64,000 nucleotides of DNA from Lama glama. Its lineage: Eukaryota. The stretch covers positions 53,940,001 through 54,004,000 of the forward strand of contig CM052820.1 of assembly GCA_028534125.1 (NCBI GenBank). Reading direction: 5' to 3'. The position numbers were made by a program, and so were the translations under genes. Shown piece after piece: positions 57,042-64,000 of the stretch (within the stretch, counting starts at the first letter, position 1; the number at the start of each line of letters is the position of its first letter). The notes below the pieces were generated by a model. It had not been told where the DNA came from and did no database searches. It worked only from the letters and a program-made list of their open reading frames with translations.

Positions 57042-60000
57042 CATGCATCTCATGAGGAGGTAGACATACAGAAGATAAGAGGTTTAAATGGAACATATTA
57101 TGACGTGAACACTAAATATGTCAATAAAACATGAAACACTTTACATAAAATTAGAAACAGATTAATATGGGTTGCCATTTCTAGTATCTCTAACAAGTAT
57201 AAAAGAAAATACACTACTCAGATATAATATCTTGTTGTAGTTTTAGTATAGCTTGTTGAGTGACTGATCTCTAATAGTTCCTTGGAAGGAAAAAAAAATC
57301 CATGATAAGAATCTTGCCTTTTTTAATATAATACTGTTCATATTTTGAATTTCTCTGTCATTATTGGGAAGTTTGTATTACTGTTTTCCATTTCCAATGA
57401 TGAAATCCAAACTTTATCCTGAAATTGATACACTCTAGGAATAATAATGCTAAGAGTTTCAAATTTAAAAAAAAAAATTTTTCTAGTTTACCTGAAGTTA
57501 TCTTAAAGGTGCTGCTAGTTAAAAGACTTTTTCTATTTCAAATTGATGGTGACTTAGAGGCAATATTCTCTTAGAAAACAATTTTATTACAGAATGTAAC
57601 AAATTTCCTTCCCCTATATATGTATAGGTAAAACACAATTTTTGAGAAAACTGTTTCCAGAAATATATGTTTGTGCACATTTAATTCCTAAGTTATTACT
57701 ATTTTTGTTTTTTTACCAAACTACTGTTAGAAAACATGAGATGCATATTAAGGAATGGTCATTCTCCTGATAAACAAAAACTGGATATCAGTTGAAAAGA
57801 ATGATTTGAAATACGATATTTTTCTTTGGCACAAGCTGTCTACTAAAAGATTAGGAAAAATGTATTTTACCTGTACCAAATTTTATTTTACATTGTGTTT
57901 GCAATATTAGAAATCCAGGTATTTATTAATCAAGATGTACAGGTAGTTTTGTTTTTGTGTGTCATTTCTTTCTTACTATAAATAATATTTAATGGTCTTG
58001 AGTCTTAGAGTATATGCTTTTACCCCACATTTTGCTGTCATGTTTCCCTGTATTCCAATCCTTATTTACCCACTTGTTGCAATTTTCTAGCAGGCTTCAG
58101 TGGTAGAACTGTTTGTTTGTTCCTAAAAATTTTTTAAGATATTCTTTCTGATTTGACCCACTGTATTCCAGCTATTTGAATAACTATTCTCTGCAAATGG
58201 CGGTTCTTTGTTAGTGCACAAAGTCTTTAAATACGACGGTTGCTTTACATTGCTGTTGGCATGGTTGCGCTTTAGTGGTGAATGCCACTTGCCTCTCCAT
58301 TACAAAGAAGTTGATGTAGGATCTGGCTGAGAAATTTATAACCAGTCCAACCTTCTTATGTGGGCAAGCTTTGTTGTATTTTTTTAATGCAAATCTTATC
58401 TTTTAGTCATGTAAATTTTTGTGTTATTGGATAGAAAGTGCCATAGGTAGTAGTAGATTCTGTGAAAACTAAGAACTTTCAGTGAAATTATTTGCTTTAT
58501 TTTGAATTTCCCCTGTGGTGGCTGAGATTTGACCTCATTATTTCTCCAACATCTAATTCTATAAGCCATTTGACTGTTAAGTGGATTTCCTGCTGAATGA
58601 GCAGCTGTTCCCAAAAAGCCTACACAATTTCTCCTGTAGCAGTAAACAAAACTCTAAAAAAGGAAAAACTCTGTTTTCTTGCCCTTTATTTGAAAAAATG
58701 CTGGAGCTTTAGTTGCCTATAATTATGTGAAAAAGGAGTTTATTGTAACTAGTAAGTAAACTATTTCTGCTAACTTAAATGGAAATAAAATGGAAATCTA
58801 GCTAACAGAGAGGAAAAACTTAAATTCTCCACTGACGATTAATTCAGGGCATTACTTTTCAAAAAGAATCTTGAAAGAGAGCAGAATTGCAGGGAGACCA
58901 GAAAAGGACTAGAGGGACTTTGAGGGGCTCAGAAGCTAAATCATGTAAAGAAACTAAATATTATTAATCTCAAGATAAAAAGCACAAATAGTAATATCAT
59001 AGGTAATTTCCAATTTTAAAAAGCAGAAGAAGGTAGTGTTTGCAGTTCTCCAGAAGGCAAAAAAAAGGGTTCTAACAATTGCAAGGGAGAAGAAAGCATG
59101 TTTTGGTTTCAAATTTCATTTTATCCCATCATAGAATGGCAAACTTGGAAAACACTGGACTCTTATTAAACACACAAAGCATGGTAGCTGTCTGTGGAAT
59201 TCCTCTGTAAAGGTCCTTTGATCCTTTTTTCTAAACTTTACCATTCTACTCCTCATTGTAGATTCAGAACCCTCATTATAGAGATCAATTGTAAAATTAG
59301 TCAATAAAATTAAAATATGGATGACATTGATTTGAATCAAACTTTAAATAAAAGTCTTTCTTGCTTATTGACATACAATGGAGCTTAACTTACCACTCAT
59401 GACTTCCATAATTATTCTGTCCATGTATGCCCATCCCTTCCTTTTGGTTTGTTTCTCTCAACCTTCTTGCTATCCTGTGTTTCTTTATTTTGGTGCTCAG
59501 GTGAAATAACTATTCTAGACTCTGATACTCAAAGAGTATCTTTCTTTTGTTGTGTGAAGCAAACAGCCTTATAGTACATACTTTAAATGTGACATCTTTG
59601 GGATGTTTTCAACACCAACCGTCCTCCTTGAATAAGGCTTTTGTTGAGTTCTGTGTTTTCTACAGTGCTATATGTTGACAGTTTCTCTCTTTTTTTCTTT
59701 TTTTTGTTTTGAGTGCCAGATTATCAAGTTATTAGACAATCCTACTTCATACCACTTGAAATAAGAAATGACCAACTAGCATTAACCACCATCCATACTA
59801 GAATGAAATAGGCTTCGAAATGCAAATGTCTACTTTGGAAATTTCAGTAATAAACTTGTAAGTGACCAGCCTAGGGCAGTTTCTCCTATGACATCTATAT
59901 TTAACAGAGTCTCTACTTATATGCAGTGTTGTAGAAAACGCACCTTCAGGGCAACCAGAGGAGATCCATGAAGAATAATTAAGCTTTTAATTTGATCATA

Positions 60001-63000
60001 TTTTTAATAGTGAAATAGCTGCATAAGTTTATAATCCAGATTAAGATGTTTCATAACTATTTCAGTGTTTTATGGATGCACATTGAAGAATATAGGAAGA
60101 TACGTCAAAATAATACATATATATAGTATAATAACTACCGAAAAGAAATAGAATCAGGGAGAAACTGAAGGGGACTTTTATTTTTCATCATATACTGTTG
60201 TATATTTGAAATTTTTGAATCAAGTATATAGATTTTATTTAAAGGAAAGAAAAAGAAAATTTAGGAAGTACCTGTTGTCAATACCATGTTACTTAATGAA
60301 AAGGCAGGACATACTTCCTATTGCTAATACTAGTGAGTCTCCCTCTATGGTCCTATGTTTATGCTTATTTCTGTTAATATGTAGACTGGCAAAGACATAA
60401 TAGACAAAAAGTAAATTTCATATTTTACTAAAAATAAAATCAATGTGAAATTAAAAAAGGCCCTATTTATAAAACCAAAAGGGAAATTTTCATTCTGAAG
60501 TATTTATTTCACTGCTTTTAGTATAGTGTAACTATTCTTCCATTTCCAAAATTAGAAGAAAGAAAACCAAATAGGAAATGACTGAGTTTATAGACATGAG
60601 AATAATCATATGAGTAATTATTTAAAATGACACAAATGATGGATATCTTCTCTGTACACTAAACAAGAATAAAAGAAGATTCAACAGTTAAATCCAGCAA
60701 TGCCTGCTATGAGATTTAAATGAACTTCCCTTCAGGAGAAAACTGTTGTTATAGATGTTAGTCTTTCTATTTAAAGGCATCCTTTTTGGACCTTGTTAAA
60801 GAACCTTCTGCTTTAGTAAGTAGTAAACTTAAAAGGCTTAATAGATTAGAACTAAGCTGTCTATATTGCTAGGACATGCACATAAATATTTAATATTATA
60901 TGCAGTACTGATACAGCTACTGTGTGAATACTTAATACATTCCCAGGAAAACATCAAATTCCTAAAAACATTCTAAATGTTGAATTTCTAAAAACCACAG
61001 TAATATGGGTTGTGATATAAATTATAGTTCATACTAAATATTTTGATCATTTCCATTCCAGTGAGGAATAATTTTGAATAACTGTCATGATATAAAATTT
61101 GAGCCAAACTCTAAATTTAATTGAGAAAAAATTGCTATAAAAGCTGTAGGAAAAAATGGTTTCAATGACAAGATACAGTTCATAAAATTATCTTAATTTT
61201 TACTTATAAATTAACTTGGCATAAGTCTTCTTCATTAACTCTTTTAAAGAGTGAGAAAACCAAATATTGAATTTGAAGATGTTTTCATTAATATAGTCTG
61301 TGTCAGAAGTCTGCAAATTTGAATCATTTTATTTAAAAGTTGTTACTAGAAGAGAGAAAACCATTATAAAATATTTCCTAGTTGTCAATATTTTGGCTAA
61401 TAGCTTTATTTTATGTCAGATGTTCCACCTACCACTTTACCTCAAAGTCCAAGCCAGTAACTTTTTTTCAGGATGAAAGGACTTGGTCTCCTCTCCAACA
61501 GATCCCTGGTGCCTTGTCTTTCAACTCCCTCATTTACAGTTCACTTGCAGCTGAGAGGTCAAGAACTGAGGACATCAAATAAATGTAGTCTTTTAGATAT
61601 GGTACTTAAAATTGTTTTTTGTGATAATTGGCACAATAGGGCATATTAGTAATTGTAATTTCCCCATTGTCTCCTGGAGTAATGTATATTTTAAAACCTT
61701 AAGTCTTATAAAATATTCAGAATTATAAGTAATTTATATTTGCTTTATTTAAAGTGATTTTGGATGAATTCAATCCATTTAAATAACCTGCTTTTTTAAA
61801 TGAAATTTCATATTGGTACTGTTCTTTCGTAATATTTTGAAACTCTCTGACCAGGAAGGAACAATACCTCTATGCCAATGTAGATTAGAAGTATTCATTT
61901 AATAGAGTGTTCGTTAATTCTTTACTTCAGTTATAAAAATAACTTTGCTTACATCATTCCTTATGTACAATACTTTATTAATGCCTTTTAATCAATGTTG
62001 AATACTATCTGATAAGAAGAGCACTGAGACTTTAATGTGGTACCCATAAAGAACACTTTTAGCTTCCAAGCCATTCTCTGAAAGTTAATATTTTGAGTTG
62101 GGCCTATCGTCTTAATACAAGTCAATAGATTGAAGAATCAATTTAAGTGAAATGAGTATTTCCTCATTTTTAGCACTTGTATTTGTTTGAACTATTATTT
62201 AGAAAAACAAGTAAAGCTGTAATCTTAAGAGAAACATGTACTATAATAACTAGTAGTTTTCAATATTCACATGTCGTTTAGCAAATGAGAATGAAAATTG
62301 AACTCTTCCATTGATGTGCTGCTCTACCCCTTATAAAACAGTATTAGGAAAATTTGACAGTTTTGCTACAATTGCTGTATGTATTTTTTTCCAAAACTTT
62401 CTTTGTATGTGTATGTCTGTAAACATCATGTTTGATCATAAAAGTTTGGGCGTGAAAAGCTTGTTTGTGTTATGATCAGTTGTATGATCATAATGACAAT
62501 GAATTCATTCTTCTCATGTGTTGGTCTACCATGTTGAATTTCATGGAATCTGTTTTTCAGAGTTTGCATGTGGTGCTCACTTTAGTAGCCACTATCTCTT
62601 GACATTATAAATAATACTTTATGATTTTTGTTACTATATACTGAAATTTCATGACTCAAATGGGTAGTGCTTGGATGAGATAATTGCTATGGTCTTTGGC
62701 ATTTTGATTCCAATACAGTACTCTACTCTTTTGGTTTGGATGAAAGGACTTCTATCTATATCATCCTGATACATATTCTTAAATCCAAGAGATAATAGAG
62801 ATAATATGTTTGGATTTCAGTTTATACTGATTTTATTCTTTTTAAAATTTTAAGTATCAACAAGCTTTTTCTGCCAATTGTCAGAGCTGACCTTTCAGTT
62901 ATCAGATATTGGCAATTTGGCACTTGTCTATTATTGCTATTAGAGTCTTGGTTGTTCTAAAATAATAATTATTGATCTATACCAATTTATATTAAACATG

Positions 63001-63327
63001 AAATAAAAATGTGGCAAATACTTTGAAATATTATAGTTTCCATTAAAATATTACCTTAAGCCTAATTCTGTCCTAACATTTACTTGTCAGCATACTAAAA
63101 ATGATAAAATGTGTTTTTCACAGGATGTGTAGATAGAAAGATCAAGCATAGATGCATTGTAAGGTGACCTGACCTCGATGTGTGTTTATGTTTTTTTTTA
63201 TAGCCATCATACTGTTAACCTTTTTTCATAACACTTTGCATGACTCTGATTATCAAATATGGTTTTAATACAAGATTTGAATGAACCCTAAATGAACTCT
63301 CTGGTGGGGTGATGAATTTCTTTGTAG

Positions 63328-63442
63328 AGGCTGAACCGATCAAGTTCCTCCGAGTGCAGCACAGTGGATAACGCTTTGCCAGAAAAAGAAGCAGAGGCTG
63401 AACCTGTCAATCCAGATGAGCCAGCAGCCTGTTTTACAGATG
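63328..63442 (+). CDS. SCN9A: Coding exon 17 (115 nt), loop 2
   Basis: [38 protein letters not shown]; tttgtag| and ATG|GTAAGA. Confidence 0.95.
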
Positions 63443-64000
63443 GTAAGAGAAAAATCAAGACCTCGGTTAGCATCCATTTATTATGTTTTGGCTTTGGTCT
63501 TACAACATAATACTTACAGGGAATTATTGAGAAAAAGATCAGAAGACTCCACTCCATGCCGATTCAGTCGTGGCTCTGTGGCTGTGGGCAAATCACTGGA
63601 GCTTTCTAACTTCAGTTTCCATACTTTCCACAAGCTACTAACAGTAATTTACAACAACACTGTGTTATACTGCAAAGTACTCTGTAAGATGTTCATATTC
63701 TCATTTAGATCCTTAATTTATGTCCCCAGCTCCATTAGTAGAATACAACGTAATGGGTTGGGTGGTACTGTTGTCCTTTTTATCAAAAATTGAAGCTACT
63801 CTAACTCTCAGGAAAAATTTGATACTGTTGATCACAGTTCGTCTCAAAATTCTTCCTTTCCTTGGTTTCAGAGGCCACACTGTATTTTCATTCTTATTTA
63901 CATCACTGAGATTTCTGAGTTTCTTCTTCTGTTTCTTTCAGTGACTATTTTTATGCACATACCTTAAATAATAATGTTCCCTCACATTTCAACGCTTGGT

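Noticed and set aside
46553-63327. Exons of the SCN9A natural antisense lncRNA known in human and mouse
   Set aside because: Cannot be located from sequence alone
63416-63793. 125-aa ORF
   Set aside because: Out of frame with exon 17 and runs through intron and MIR-like sequence

Overview
AT-rich mammalian genomic DNA containing the 5' coding half of SCN9A (voltage-gated sodium channel Nav1.7) on the + strand. Positions 1-16187 are most likely the distal part of the long first intron, since no promoter or non-coding first exon is visible. Coding exons 1-17 (legacy coding-exon numbering) follow and encode the N-terminus, domain I, loop 1, domain II and most of loop 2; the gene continues past the window. 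All visible exon boundaries join in frame. Known splicing features are present: a U12-type AT-AC intron, adult exon 5A (5N probably lies in an N-gap), and alternative donors 11S/11L. Four tRNA-derived SINEs resembling the camelid vic-1 family suggest a camel/alpaca-type genome. Introns carry L1, L2, MIR, MaLR/ERVL LTR, Tigger and hAT fossils. The most interesting signals concern control of channel dosage: (i) an out-of-frame ATG at -8 opening a spliced 91-aa overlapping ORF with a PKKKRK motif and an NMD-positioned stop, plus a start-stop uORF; (ii) a candidate stop-containing exon '16A' with an adjacent AG|GT site in the 16.8-kb intron 16; (iii) a candidate poison exon with NOVA/RBFOX motifs in intron 11. 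A MER20 split by a 1.4-kb decayed hAT transposase fragment is also notable. Repeat family names and comparisons with human are from recall, not database searches.
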